Shown: piece by piece, positions 1-10,565 of the stretch
Layout: each line of letters starts with the position of its first letter
Numbering within the stretch: position 1 is the stretch's first letter
Sequence record: MK250017.1
DNA length: 64,000 bases
Strand: one strand, 5' to 3'
Program-made: the position numbers and the translations under genes
The notes under the pieces: model-generated
Databases searched by the model: none
Told to the model about the DNA's origin: nothing
What the model saw: only the letters and a program-made list of their open reading frames with translations

Positions 1-978
1 ATATATTTTTTGTTTTATATCATTAAACTATTTCTTTAATACATAAAAATCTCCTTCTGTATTATGAATTAATCTGTTAATACCTTTTGATGTATATCCT
101 GTAGATATAAGTAATGCTCTATCTACTAATGTATTATATTTGTTAAATGGTGTTCTTATTTTTAGATTTAAGACTGTATTGAAATTCGTATCTGATTTTT
201 GTCCAAGTTTTTTAAAGGTACCATCTTTATTAAATTCGCAATCAATTGCAATAGGTGCAGGCATAACATATGTTTTAAAATATTCAGCTTCACCTGTTTC
301 TGAATTACAGAAATAAAAGAAAAATACAGTAGTAATATTTCGAAGACATGTTTGACATTTATTTTCTTTTATTTCCAACTATCGCATATCATTTAAAATC
401 TAATCAATACCTTTCATTGCATTATTAACTTTACCCTTAAATGTATTATCATCAAAGAAACTACATAAAACTGATTTAACTTCTATATATGTTTCATCAC
501 CATTTGGATATGTTAATTTAATATCTGGACATTCATTCCTACCATTTGGTTCATGTTCAATTTTATAACCATCGGTTTCTGAAAATATTCTATGTACAAT
601 ATATTCTGATGTATCATGACATAAAGTCATAAGCATTGAATCTTTATATAACAGTTTATTTTCATATGACATAAACTATGTTAATGAACCATTAAATGTA
701 ATATCTTCAGTATCTTTATAGATTTCTGTAAAATTCGGTTCTGGTAATGAAAGTGTTAAATAATAATCATCCATATAAGTATAAATGGAATTGTACAATT
801 TATAGAACTATCGTTTATACTCATCATCAGTAGAATACTCTAACCACTATCGAATACTTTCTTCCAAATCATTTGCTACAAAAATACTATCATCTAATGA
901 TGATAGAAACTATCGTCTTTCCTATGGATTATTAATACATTTAAGAATACGCTACGGACTTTTTGATTTATTTAACAT
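1..978 (-). CDS. PD-(D/E)XK nuclease-like protein, 3' end runs off the window (>=326 aa, TAG read-through)
   Basis: ATG at 978 is in frame with track ORFs 400-672 and 28-378 through 9 in-frame TAGs and no TAA/TGA; motif CPDIKLTYPNGDETYIEVKS (PD...ExK). Confidence 0.62.
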
Positions 979-1023
979 TTTTTATTTTAGATTTATTTTA
1001 ATACATATTATAATGAAACTGTA

Positions 1024-1383
1024 TTAAAAAGTCTTTTTAAAATTAATCAAAGATTCTGTTATGTTTATAATTGTATCTCCTTTATAAACTGTTTCATTGA
1101 AATGATATTCATCTATAAGTTTCCCTTGTTTTGTCCGTATATTTAATTTCACATTAAAATTTAAAACATCATTATCTTCATCAGATGCAATTAAATATTC
1201 ATCATCAAATTTCATAATTACATGATGTTCAGAATGTTCGTCTCCTATTAATACATTTAAATTTGTTATGCAATAATTTTTAATTTTATTCTTTACAATA
1301 ACATTAAATCTTTTATCTGATAATTTTCGTTCATTATTTTTATTATCATTAAAAATATTTCTTAATAACGTAATCAATTTCAT
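1024..1383 (-). CDS. hypothetical protein (119 aa)
   Basis: ATG-TAA ORF co-oriented with neighbours. Confidence 0.7.
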   Translation of the reverse strand: MKLITLLRNIFNDNKNNERKLSDKRFNVIVKNKIKNYCITNLNVLIGDEHSEHHVIMKFDDEYLIASDEDNDVLNFNVKLNIRTKQGKLIDEYHFNETVYKGDTIINITESLINFKKTF

Positions 1384-1468
1384 TTATTCTTAACAATTTA
1401 TTTTCACCTAAAAATAAAAAGGAATATACTATCACAATATATTCCTTTTATTTTATATATTTTGTCTT

Positions 1469-2020
1469 TTATTTATATTTAACCATATAATTAAATACCT
1501 GATCAAATGTTGATCCAATTGACCAGAAATTTTTTATATCTTTTATACTTTCATCTGCTACTATAACTGTTGTATCATAAAATTCATTATCATAAACTTC
1601 AGTTAACATTCTTAATTCATCACTTATTATACAAATGGTATTTTCTGTTTGAAATTGTCTTGTTAACTTCAATTCTTTATCATCATTATATAAATTATAT
1701 GGATATTCTTTATAAATGTCGATAATAGGATTTATAGCAATGAGATTTCCATCATAAAAAGATTGTAACCAGAAGTATGCTGCAGGTCCATCTGTTATAA
1801 CACATGCATATTTGTCTATACATGCATATATAGTTTCAGAATCAATTTCCATCTGTATGTTTTCTGGTACATAATTATATTGTTTCTGTATATCATTAAA
1901 TAGTTTAAAGACTATATCATAATTATCACCATAACAAAATTTTATTTGTTCTATAAACATATTATAACGTTTATCAGTATTATAATCATGATCAAGAATA
2001 ATTAAGATTTTTTGTTTCAT
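1469..2020 (-). CDS. hypothetical protein (183 aa)
   Basis: ATG-TAA ORF; followed by hairpin at about 1417-1449. Confidence 0.75.
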   Translation of the reverse strand: MKQKILIILDHDYNTDKRYNMFIEQIKFCYGDNYDIVFKLFNDIQKQYNYVPENIQMEIDSETIYACIDKYACVITDGPAAYFWLQSFYDGNLIAINPIIDIYKEYPYNLYNDDKELKLTRQFQTENTICIISDELRMLTEVYDNEFYDTTVIVADESIKDIKNFWSIGSTFDQVFNYMVKYK

Positions 2021-2168
2021 AATTCAAAACATATTTTAATTTTAACTATGTTTGACATCGTTTTTAAAAATAAACAATTAATATTTCATTTTTATCCTAA
2101 TTATTACTAAAAATACATATATAATATTTATTTAATAAACAATTGTAAACTTTACACTTATTAAAAAT

Positions 2169-3032
2169 ATGAAGATAATAGATTTTACGCAATATAAAAA
2201 TGTTTATTTCTTTGGTGATCCACATGGAATAAACATAATTTATGATATATTACGTTCATATGTAAATGAAGATAATATATCAGATAATTCCGTTATATTC
2301 TCTTGCGGAGATAACGGTGTCGGTTTTTATGATATTAAAACAGATTCTAATAAGTTGAAACTATGTAATGATATATGTATTAAACATAATATTCAATTAA
2401 TATTAATACGTGGTAATCATGATAATCCTGATTTATATAAAGAATCATCACCTTTGAATAAAAGCAATATATCATTAGTTGATGATTTCACTGTAGTTAA
2501 AACAGCAGATTATAATATCATATGTATAGGTGGTGCAATATCAATAGACAGAACAGATCGAGTTCTTAATAAAACATATTGGAAAAATGAAGGAACAAGA
2601 ATATTAGATGATGAATTAAAAGAAGAAATTAAATCATTAGATTTTAATATTGATATTGTTTGTTCACATAATTGTCCTACATATCAGAAACCAAGAGATG
2701 AATATCCATTAACATCTGATAATCCATTGTTTAATTGGTCCATATGGGACTCAAAACTTTTAGATGATAACTTTATAGACCGCAGTAATTTGGATGCGAT
2801 ACACAAAGAATTAAGTATGTCTAACAAGATTAAATACTGGATCTATGGTCATTTCCATAACCATTATGATTCAATAGAGAATAATCCTAAATTTATTTGT
2901 CTTGACATGTATTATAAGAATATAAAAATACTAAAGAAAACTAATAACTCTTTAATATATAAAACAGGTCCTGATATTTTAGATATACATAATATCGATA
3001 AGTTTAATCAAATTAAAATAAAAGAAATTTAA
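2169..3032 (+). CDS. calcineurin-like metallophosphoesterase (287 aa)
   Basis: Motifs GDPHG, CGDNG, RGNHD, SHNCP, YGHFH in canonical order. Confidence 0.87.
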   Translation: MKIIDFTQYKNVYFFGDPHGINIIYDILRSYVNEDNISDNSVIFSCGDNGVGFYDIKTDSNKLKLCNDICIKHNIQLILIRGNHDNPDLYKESSPLNKSNISLVDDFTVVKTADYNIICIGGAISIDRTDRVLNKTYWKNEGTRILDDELKEEIKSLDFNIDIVCSHNCPTYQKPRDEYPLTSDNPLFNWSIWDSKLLDDNFIDRSNLDAIHKELSMSNKIKYWIYGHFHNHYDSIENNPKFICLDMYYKNIKILKKTNNSLIYKTGPDILDIHNIDKFNQIKIKEI

Positions 3033-3039
3033 TATACAA

Positions 3040-3390
3040 ATGGTAACAATATTTATAGGATTTATAGGATTTGTATTATGTCTTATACAATTAATCATAT
3101 TTGATTGGTTCACTAAAAAATTTACATATACAAATAAATGGTTTATATATAATAATTTAGAAAAAAGAGAAGATTCAAAGCCAATAAAAATAAAACGGTA
3201 TTGGTATATCTTATATTGTATATGTATGTTAATACCTATAGCTAATTTATTTTTATTCATAATCTGTTTCTTCATGTCATTCATGATGAGATTGGATTAT
3301 AATTACTATTATAATGGAAATAACATTACAGTATTAACATTAATAAAATTTAAAAATAAATTAAAATATTATTTAAATACAGAAGTATAA
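3040..3390 (+). CDS. small membrane protein (116 aa)
   Basis: Two hydrophobic segments; ATG-TAA. Confidence 0.65.
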   Translation: MVTIFIGFIGFVLCLIQLIIFDWFTKKFTYTNKWFIYNNLEKREDSKPIKIKRYWYILYCICMLIPIANLFLFIICFFMSFMMRLDYNYYYNGNNITVLTLIKFKNKLKYYLNTEV

Positions 3391-3437
3391 AAATTAAGGT
3401 TCTAATCTTATTCACAAAAGATTAGAACCTTAATTTT
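3390..3437. terminator. bidirectional intrinsic terminator
   Basis: Perfect 20-bp inverted repeat AAAATTAAGGTTCTAATCTT (3390-3409 / 3418-3437) between convergent genes. Confidence 0.85.
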
Positions 3438-3449
3438 ATTTAGTTTTAA

Positions 3450-4268
3450 TTAAATAATACATTTTTCACCACAATATGGGCAGAACTTAAATTTTGAATT
3501 AAGTTTTCTTCCACAATTAGTACAATATATTTTATTCAAATCACTTGTCGTATATGGTTTCCTTGATTTAGGAAGAATCTTTATATATTCTCTTTTAAAT
3601 GGATAATTTTCAAATTCATTATTTACTGTTTCAAATTTCTGATTTGAATAACCACCATTTTCAATTCTACCTGTTTCAATAGTAGTATCATTAACATTAG
3701 TTTTATATAAAGCTTTATTATATGTATTTCCATCAATACTTGCACAACAACAGTTAGTAACATTATTTGTTAATAAAACATTATTATTAGTATCTGAACA
3801 TGTAACTACAGTATCATAACTTGGAACAGTATATGTATTTTGATTAGAAATTAATGGACTCTCTTTCCATAAAACATTTAATGTATTATAAATATTTGTT
3901 TTAATTCTTGATGATACTCTTTCTTTATAAAACTTTACAGTAATATTACCATTATTCGCAATAGCATGTTTTACCTGTACATCATTATCATCTACTTCAT
4001 AAGTAGAAAATTTAAATTTAACCTGATTATCCAAATAACGTTCTAACCATACTCTCTCACCTGGTTTCAAAACTAACATACCATCTATATCTTTACCATT
4101 AAATGTAAATGTAACACCAATAGTAAACTGTTCAGAATTAAATAACTGAATTTCAAATTCATCATTATTGTCCATATAAACAACACGTGAATCTTCATTT
4201 GTAGAATACTCTTTCAAAAGAGATTTGTTAATAGCTAACTAAGCCATCTTCTTTTCATTAATAATCAT
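3450..4268 (-). CDS. C-terminal zinc-ribbon protein (272 aa, one TAG at codon 10)
   Basis: ATG 4268 MIINEKKMA-TAG-LAINKSLLKEY joins track ORF 3450-4217; C-terminal CTNCG...CPYCG. Confidence 0.75.
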
Positions 4269-4269
4269 A

Positions 4270-5003
4270 AGTCATATATAATTTATTTTAAACTTATCTA
4301 TTAAACTTTCAATTCTATACAAAATTTCAAAAGTACTTGAATAATACTCAGTCTAATAGAAATATCATTATCTAATTTTAATTATAATAGATATAAATTA
4401 AAAAATAATTTTTAATATCTATCTTTAACTTAATACTATATATTAATTATACTACAATATTTATAAAAAGTTTATATTTACTAATAAATTTTAAAAAATA
4501 ATTTAATAAATAAAAAATATTTACATTTCCGAAAGACTTACCTTACTAAATTCATTAAATTATTAAAAATTATAAATAAATTTTTTCATATATTTATATA
4601 TAGATCTATCACAANNNNNNNNNNNNNNNNNNNNNNNNNNNNTGAGTTCTGAGAAAAAGTCTACATTTTTTCTAAATATTTTTAATGAATTCTAAAAATA
4701 ATTCATAACTAATTAATATTCAATAAATTAAATAAAATATTTTTCATATAATTTTCATATAAATTAATATAAAATAAAAATTCAGATCTAAATTAATATA
4801 AATTTAAATCTGAATTAAAAATTAAATTTTTTATATACTATATATAATATCTATCTCAANNNNNNNNNNNNNNNNNNNNNNNNNNNNNNNNNNNNNNNNN
4901 NNNNNNNNNNNNNNNNNNNNTTATTTTTTAACTATTTTTAATGATATTTTTTTAAACTTTACAAATAATATCTAATATAACTATAGAAAATTAATTTAAT
5001 TTA
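4270..5003. other. very AT-rich non-coding divergence region with two N-gaps and a hairpin
   Basis: No credible ORF; lies between divergent genes; AATTCAGATCTAAATT / AATTTAAATCTGAATT near 4779-4816 pairs at 15 of 16 positions. Confidence 0.5.
4954..4981 (+). promoter_or_regulatory. putative middle-class promoter (AAAC-N18-TATAAC)
   Basis: AAACTTT 4954 and TATAAC 4976; same 22-nt offset as more than 10 other sites. Confidence 0.5.
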
Positions 5004-5543
5004 ATGGATATGGATTTTAATACTAAAGTATAGTTTACGAGAACACGTAATGTAAAGATGCCTAATAGAGCAAATAAGCATGATGCAGGTACAGATTTTT
5101 TTGTACCTTATTATAATTAGGAGTTTCTTGTTGATTTGATTAAGAAGAATACAGGTAATAAGATTTTCTATAAGATTGAGAATGATGATTTGTTTATCAC
5201 TATTCCGGCTGGTGAACAGGTAATGATTCCATCAGGAATTAAGGTATGGATTAATGATAAGAGAACATATCTTCAGGCAACTAATAAGTCTGGTGTTGCT
5301 TCAAAATATCATCTTGATGTTATGGCAAATACGATTGATGCAGATTATCAGGGAGAAGTTCATATTAATCTTTGTAACAATGGTAATACAGATATTACAG
5401 TTCAGACTGGTCAGAAACTTGTACAGTTTATTCATCAGATTTATCTTGATACTGATTGGGTTGAAATGGATGAGAAAGAATATGATGAGATTGAAGCATC
5501 AGACAGAGGTGATGGAATGGCAGGTTCTACCGGAACATTCTAA
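5004..5543 (+). CDS. dut: trimeric dUTPase (179 aa, TAG at codons 10 and 39)
   Basis: Read-through restores motif 1 (HDAGTDF); TNKSG, ANTIDADYQGEV, QKLVQF, RGDGMAGSTG follow. Confidence 0.92.
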
Positions 5544-5580
5544 AAAAATAAAATATATTTAAGAATATGAATTTAAGAAT

Positions 5581-6102
5581 ATGAATAAGCTACGTAATTT
5601 CGAGTTTGAATATAATGGAGAAAAATATTGGTATTCACGTTCTATAACAGTTGCAACTTGTATTTTCTGTAAGGATTCAGACGGAAATTGGTGTGCATTA
5701 ATTAATAAAAGAGGTAAAGGTTGTCCGACTGCTGTTGGAAAGTGGAATGTGCCTGCAGGATATTTGGATCATGATGAAGATATATGTTCATGCGGTATGA
5801 GAGAAACATATGAAGAAACTGGTCTTATTATTCCACGGGTATTAATGAATTTTTACGCAATTAATTCAGTTCCAGATACAAAACGACAAAATGTAAATGT
5901 AATATATTATGTTGTTCTTCCTGGTGTTATTGATGATTATCAGTTAACAACTGAACATTCAGAACCAGATGAAGTAGATGATATAATGTTTATACCAATA
6001 TCAATGATATTTACATCTGATATACAAATTGCATTTAATAATGATAATATTTTATTGGACGTATATAATAAGATTATCATTAATCATAATAAAAGTAAGT
6101 AA
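5581..6102 (+). CDS. Nudix hydrolase (173 aa)
   Basis: Nudix box GYLDHDEDICSCGMRETYEETGL. Confidence 0.9.
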   Translation: MNKLRNFEFEYNGEKYWYSRSITVATCIFCKDSDGNWCALINKRGKGCPTAVGKWNVPAGYLDHDEDICSCGMRETYEETGLIIPRVLMNFYAINSVPDTKRQNVNVIYYVVLPGVIDDYQLTTEHSEPDEVDDIMFIPISMIFTSDIQIAFNNDNILLDVYNKIIINHNKSK

Positions 6103-6163
6103 TTTTTTATCCTTGAATTATTTTATAATAGTTCAAGGATTTTTTATTATAAATTATTTAATG

Positions 6164-6171
6164 TATCTTTG
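6164..6171 (+). promoter_or_regulatory. Bacteroidota-type -7 element TATCTTTG (putative early promoter)
   Basis: Matches TAnnTTTG; same 8-mer at 8966, 9361, 28988, 39359, each upstream of a small TAG-free gene. Confidence 0.65.
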
Positions 6172-6234
6172 TAAAAGTAAACAAAATAGTTTTTTAACAT
6201 TATAATAGTTTATAATGAATATAAAATAATTATC

Positions 6235-6627
6235 ATGGGACTTAAATTTAAAAATCAAAATCCAATTTCTGATAATAATACATTAAAAGTATATTTCTGT
6301 ACAGAGGATGTACATAATGATCCGGATGATGCATGGTCAGATGAACTTATTACTATAGTATATCATATTGCTGCAACAACGGTAGATGAAGCTGTTGATC
6401 TTTGGGTTGAAAAATATTCTGATATTACATGGAAAGATAAAACAAGAGAGGATTTTAACAGACAAGATTATTGGGATGCATGGATAGATCATAACAGGGA
6501 AAAAACTTATAATGTATACTTAAATAAAATTTTAAAATTAAAAAGGAAACTGAGTAAATCAATGGTTGAAATTCCTGGTATTTTCCATATTGGTAAGCCT
6601 TGTGTACTTTTAAAATCAAAATTATGA
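6235..6627 (+). CDS. hypothetical protein (130 aa)
   Basis: ATG-TGA ORF downstream of TATCTTTG. Confidence 0.7.
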   Translation: MGLKFKNQNPISDNNTLKVYFCTEDVHNDPDDAWSDELITIVYHIAATTVDEAVDLWVEKYSDITWKDKTREDFNRQDYWDAWIDHNREKTYNVYLNKILKLKRKLSKSMVEIPGIFHIGKPCVLLKSKL

Positions 6628-7019
6628 AACTAAAAATTAATATAGAAAAATATTCAAACTATTCATCAGATGCTGATAAGGAAGTTAGCACGAAGGAAAT
6701 TGAATTTGATGATAAAATGTTTGATGAAATAACAAGACCTTTAAAAACAAAAAAGAAAGTTAAGAAATGTTTATGGTGTGCAACATTTGATGATAGACTT
6801 ATTGTGAATTATAAAGGTAAACATACATATACAAGTGAAAAGAAACTTTATAATGGTATTATAGCAAATTTCGAACAGTTATTTAAATATTATAAGATAG
6901 ATGATTATAAATATGAACCATTAACTTATATTCAATATGATTTTAAAGAATTGTTAGATAGACTTTTGAAAGAAAACAGAATAAAGTTTCATAGTATTGT
7001 TTTAGAATCAATTGAATAA
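6624..7019 (+). CDS. hypothetical protein (131 aa)
   Basis: ATG at 6624 overlaps the upstream TGA (ATGA). Confidence 0.7.
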   Translation: MKLKINIEKYSNYSSDADKEVSTKEIEFDDKMFDEITRPLKTKKKVKKCLWCATFDDRLIVNYKGKHTYTSEKKLYNGIIANFEQLFKYYKIDDYKYEPLTYIQYDFKELLDRLLKENRIKFHSIVLESIE

Positions 7020-7022
7020 TAT

Positions 7023-7679
7023 ATGAAAAATATAGAAATTTATTTACCAGAATATATTAGACAACATTATATCTTATCATTTATGTATGGTTCATATGTT
7101 TATGGTACAAATACAGATAAATCAGATAAAGATATAATTGTTATCGTTGATGATAATATTGAATTAGAAAATTCTGTTAATGGAATTAAGGAAATTTTCG
7201 TAACTGATGGAATAACTGAATATGATTTTCAGATTATCAATAACAATACATTCAAAAAGATGCTCTACGAACATCATATAATCGCTGTAGAAAGTTTATT
7301 TATGTCATCTGATATGTATTCAAGTATTGAACTTTTTAACTCGTTATACGCGAAATATTTCATTCTTGATAAATGGAAATTGCGGCAGGTTATTTCAAAA
7401 ATAGTTGGAAATTCTTATGCGAAATGTCATAAGAAGTTAACAGTAGAAAAAGATTATGATTTATATAGATCACAAAAATCATTATATCATTGTATACGAT
7501 TATATATGTTTGGAATTCAAATAGGAAAAACAGGAAAGATATATGATTATAGTGAAGCAAATCATTATTTAAAAGAAATATTAGATAAAAAATATTCATG
7601 GGAACAATATAAAAAAGAATATAAACCATTACTTAATAAATTAAGAAGTGAAATGGTTTTATATTGTCCTAAACCATAA
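7023..7679 (+). CDS. DNA polymerase beta-superfamily nucleotidyltransferase (218 aa)
   Basis: GSYVYGTNTDKSDKDI fits hG[GS]x9-13D-h-D. Confidence 0.75.
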   Translation: MKNIEIYLPEYIRQHYILSFMYGSYVYGTNTDKSDKDIIVIVDDNIELENSVNGIKEIFVTDGITEYDFQIINNNTFKKMLYEHHIIAVESLFMSSDMYSSIELFNSLYAKYFILDKWKLRQVISKIVGNSYAKCHKKLTVEKDYDLYRSQKSLYHCIRLYMFGIQIGKTGKIYDYSEANHYLKEILDKKYSWEQYKKEYKPLLNKLRSEMVLYCPKP

Positions 7680-7716
7680 AAATAAAAAAATATTTGAAAA
7701 AAATTATTTAAAAACT

Positions 7717-7744
7717 AAACTTTTTAAATGATATTCAATATTAT
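7717..7744 (+). promoter_or_regulatory. putative middle-class promoter
   Basis: AAACTTT 7717 and TATTAT 7739 upstream of ompA. Confidence 0.5.
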
Positions 7745-7826
7745 ATATGTTACTTGTGTGAATATCAAGTAATTAATTTTTAATTTTAATATTTTAGTTA
7801 ATAACAAATTTTAAATTTTTTAAAGT

Positions 7827-8876
7827 ATGAAGAAGTTTATTTTTATGCTTATTGCAATGTTTACATTTGCAATTGGTTCAATTAACGCACAGACACAGAA
7901 TGACTATGCAGGTTCTAGTAAGTTTACTGATAATGTTTCAGTAACACTTCAGGGTGGTGTTCTTACATCATTTGATAATTTTTATAGTGGTCATACTGCA
8001 ATGGCACCTATTGTTTTGATTGGCGCAGATAAGTATGTAACCCCTTGGTTGGGATTTGGTGTAGAAGGTCGTACACTTATTGGTACAGGTCATGGTAGTT
8101 ATAATACATATACTGCTTTTGATTATGTTAATGTAAGTGGTCTTGTAAAGGTTAATCTTGCTAATGCATTTAAGTTTGATGGAACACGTAAGTTCTTTGA
8201 GCCTGTTGTTTATACAGGTCTTGGTTGGGGACATCAGACAGCAAGTTATGGAGATAATCACAATAATTGGATGACTTATCGTGCAGGTGCAGAGTTTAAT
8301 TTTAATCTTGGTGAGGATCGTGCATGGGGTATTGTTGTAAATCCATCAGTTGTTTGGAATGACATTGACAATGGTAAGCTTGTAAAGAAGAACGGTAGTT
8401 TTGAGATTACAGCAGGTGTTGTTTATCGTTTCAAGAATTCAAATGGAAAGCGTTCATTTGCTAAGGCACATCTTTATGATGCAGCAGAGGTTGCAGCTCT
8501 TAACAAGAAGATTAATGAGCTTGAATCACGTGAACCTGTTGTAATTGAGAAGATTGTAGAGAAGCCTGTTGCAACTAATACTGTTGCAGGTGTTGGCTCA
8601 AATGTGTTTATTGCTCCATTTAAGTTTAATAGTTCTGAGCTTTCTGATAAGTGTAAGTCAGTACTTGATAATATTGCAGAGGGCACAACAGTTGTAATTG
8701 ATGCATATGCATCTTCTGAGCCAAAGAGTTCTGCAAAGTATAATACAAAGCTTTCTGTAGAGCGTGCAAATGCAGTTAAGAAGTATCTTGAGTCACGTGG
8801 CGTTAAGGTAACAGATACCACTGGACATGGTATAGATGATGATTTTGGTCGTGTTGCTATTGTTACTGTAAAGTAA
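7827..8876 (+). CDS. ompA: Bacteroidota-type OmpA family outer membrane protein (349 aa)
   Basis: Signal peptide MKKFIFMLIAMFTFAIGSINA; amphipathic beta-strands ending AGVVYRF; compact OmpA_C domain YASSE...YNTKLSVERANAVKKYL. Confidence 0.85.
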   Translation: MKKFIFMLIAMFTFAIGSINAQTQNDYAGSSKFTDNVSVTLQGGVLTSFDNFYSGHTAMAPIVLIGADKYVTPWLGFGVEGRTLIGTGHGSYNTYTAFDYVNVSGLVKVNLANAFKFDGTRKFFEPVVYTGLGWGHQTASYGDNHNNWMTYRAGAEFNFNLGEDRAWGIVVNPSVVWNDIDNGKLVKKNGSFEITAGVVYRFKNSNGKRSFAKAHLYDAAEVAALNKKINELESREPVVIEKIVEKPVATNTVAGVGSNVFIAPFKFNSSELSDKCKSVLDNIAEGTTVVIDAYASSEPKSSAKYNTKLSVERANAVKKYLESRGVKVTDTTGHGIDDDFGRVAIVTVK

Positions 8877-8912
8877 TAAAAGTAGTTTAAAGTTTAATAA
8901 TAATTTAATTTT

Positions 8913-8948
8913 AGTGTGATTAGAATTTATTTCTAGTCACACTTTTTT
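8913..8948 (+). terminator. intrinsic terminator after ompA
   Basis: AGTGTGATTAGAA / TTCTAGTCACACT followed by T-run. Confidence 0.8.
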
Positions 8949-8965
8949 ATTTTATAATAATTGTG

Positions 8966-8973
8966 TATCTTTG
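8966..8973 (+). promoter_or_regulatory. Bacteroidota-type -7 element TATCTTTG
   Basis: GTGTATCTTTG upstream of 9010 gene. Confidence 0.65.
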
Positions 8974-9009
8974 TAATATAATATATTGTTTAAACAGAAG
9001 TTATTTAAT

Positions 9010-9336
9010 ATGATAAAATTTAAAAATCAAACATCAAATAATACTATATCATCAGATGTAATTAAAGATTTAATAGATACATTACCAACTACAAAATCAC
9101 CAATATTTAAAACGAAGAATTTTACTATTCGTGATTTACGTATTGGAAGTATTATACGTATTCATTTATGTAATGATTCCCGTGGTGATAAAGGATATGT
9201 TACAACAGAAATTGTTGCATTATTTAATTCAATGGGACAACATATATATAATTCTAATGCAGATTTTGCAATTGTATATGAAGGTATAGTATGGACTGCA
9301 AATTGTACACAAATAGATAAAATAATTTCGTATTAA
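9010..9336 (+). CDS. hypothetical protein (108 aa)
   Basis: ATG 9010 within track ORF 8986-9336. Confidence 0.65.
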   Translation: MIKFKNQTSNNTISSDVIKDLIDTLPTTKSPIFKTKNFTIRDLRIGSIIRIHLCNDSRGDKGYVTTEIVALFNSMGQHIYNSNADFAIVYEGIVWTANCTQIDKIISY

Positions 9337-9360
9337 TTTTTTTATTCAAAAATAAATGTG

Positions 9361-9368
9361 TATCTTTG
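9361..9368 (+). promoter_or_regulatory. Bacteroidota-type -7 element TATCTTTG
   Basis: GTGTATCTTTG 30 nt upstream of ATG 9398. Confidence 0.65.
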
Positions 9369-9397
9369 AGATGTAACAAATAAAACAATAGAAAATT

Positions 9398-9823
9398 ATG
9401 AATAAGATTTTTATAACATTGATTTTTAGTTTTGTATGTATGTTTGCTAATGCAACATCACATAATAAATTACATATCGGATATGATAAAGATATGTGTA
9501 GCGATTATTATGTTCTTTCTATAAAGAAAGATACTGTATACGTTACATATTATGAATATGAACAAGGTACATTTGTATATTATGATGGTTTAAATGATTT
9601 TGCATCATCACGCCTTACACCATTGATGAATAAATTGGTTAATATTCATACAAAAAAAGTTAATAAGATTAAAAATGAATATGAAAATCTTCTTATTGAT
9701 ATTAATGTAGTAAATCCTACATATCATAAATGTAAAAATAATTATATTGCATTTTATGAAATGGGTATATTATATAATAAAATAGGAAATCTTATTGATA
9801 AAGTAAAAAAAATTACAAAATAA
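9398..9823 (+). CDS. putative exported protein (141 aa)
   Basis: Signal-peptide-like MNKIFITLIFSFVCMFANA. Confidence 0.7.
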   Translation: MNKIFITLIFSFVCMFANATSHNKLHIGYDKDMCSDYYVLSIKKDTVYVTYYEYEQGTFVYYDGLNDFASSRLTPLMNKLVNIHTKKVNKIKNEYENLLIDINVVNPTYHKCKNNYIAFYEMGILYNKIGNLIDKVKKITK

Positions 9824-9831
9824 AAATAATT

Positions 9832-10005
9832 ATGGAAGTTAATATTACAGAAGAAAAGTTTAAAGCATATAGAGAATTACAAAATTCTGGAGAAATTAAT
9901 ATGCTTGATTATATTAATGGATGTAAACTTACTGGTCTTAGTAAAGAAGAGTATATTGATATTATCCATAATTATAATACATATAGAGAAAAATTTAATA
10001 TTTAA
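9832..10005 (+). CDS. small hypothetical protein (57 aa, below the track cut-off)
   Basis: MEVNITEEKFKAYRELQNSGEINMLDY...; ATG-TAA fills the intergenic gap. Confidence 0.65.
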   Translation: MEVNITEEKFKAYRELQNSGEINMLDYINGCKLTGLSKEEYIDIIHNYNTYREKFNI

Positions 10006-10023
10006 TTATAAAAATTATATTTC

Positions 10024-10545
10024 ATGAGTAAAGTATTTTATCCTACAAATCTTGGAGGTATGTCAATTAATTGGGTTGACTATCTTGGAAGTACGAAGAA
10101 TTCTACAAATAAGAGTGAACTGCTTATTGACCATATTGCAACAATGAGTAATGAAAATAATGGTAAAGATGTTTATATGAATTTCTTTGAAGAGATTGAT
10201 CGTATAGATGATGAGACTGCACAGAATCAATATAAGACATTTTTGCGAATTAATATTACAGAAGCTATTAAGCATGATCTTGAGTGGATGGAAATGAATA
10301 ATAAAAGTATCAATGATCCAACGAATTCACATTATATTAATCTTGAGTCTTTGAGTATTACTGATATTGATGTTAATGATGATTTTAAGTTCATTCGAAT
10401 TCATTATGATTTTTGTCAGAATCATTTTGCATGTTCATGTAGTCGTCGTAGAATGGTAGGTGCTGTATATCGTTTGCATGCACTAACTTCTAATAAGAAT
10501 GAATTGTTTGCATGTTCATGGGATGGACCTATTGTTTTTTGGTAA
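10024..10545 (+). CDS. hypothetical protein (173 aa)
   Basis: ATG-TAA ORF. Confidence 0.75.
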   Translation: MSKVFYPTNLGGMSINWVDYLGSTKNSTNKSELLIDHIATMSNENNGKDVYMNFFEEIDRIDDETAQNQYKTFLRINITEAIKHDLEWMEMNNKSINDPTNSHYINLESLSITDIDVNDDFKFIRIHYDFCQNHFACSCSRRRMVGAVYRLHALTSNKNELFACSWDGPIVFW

Positions 10546-10565
10546 AATTAAATTTAAATAGATAT

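Noticed and set aside
5558-5585. 14-bp tandem duplication TTTAAGAATATGAA across the Nudix start
   Set aside because: Only two copies; slippage or assembly artefact with no coding consequence.
8474-8821. Antisense ORFs opposite real genes (also 2979-3284, 16621-16893, 17470-17967, 18085-18684, 27861-28399, 42944-43519)
   Set aside because: Shadows of biased codon usage on the coding strand; no motifs or expression signals.
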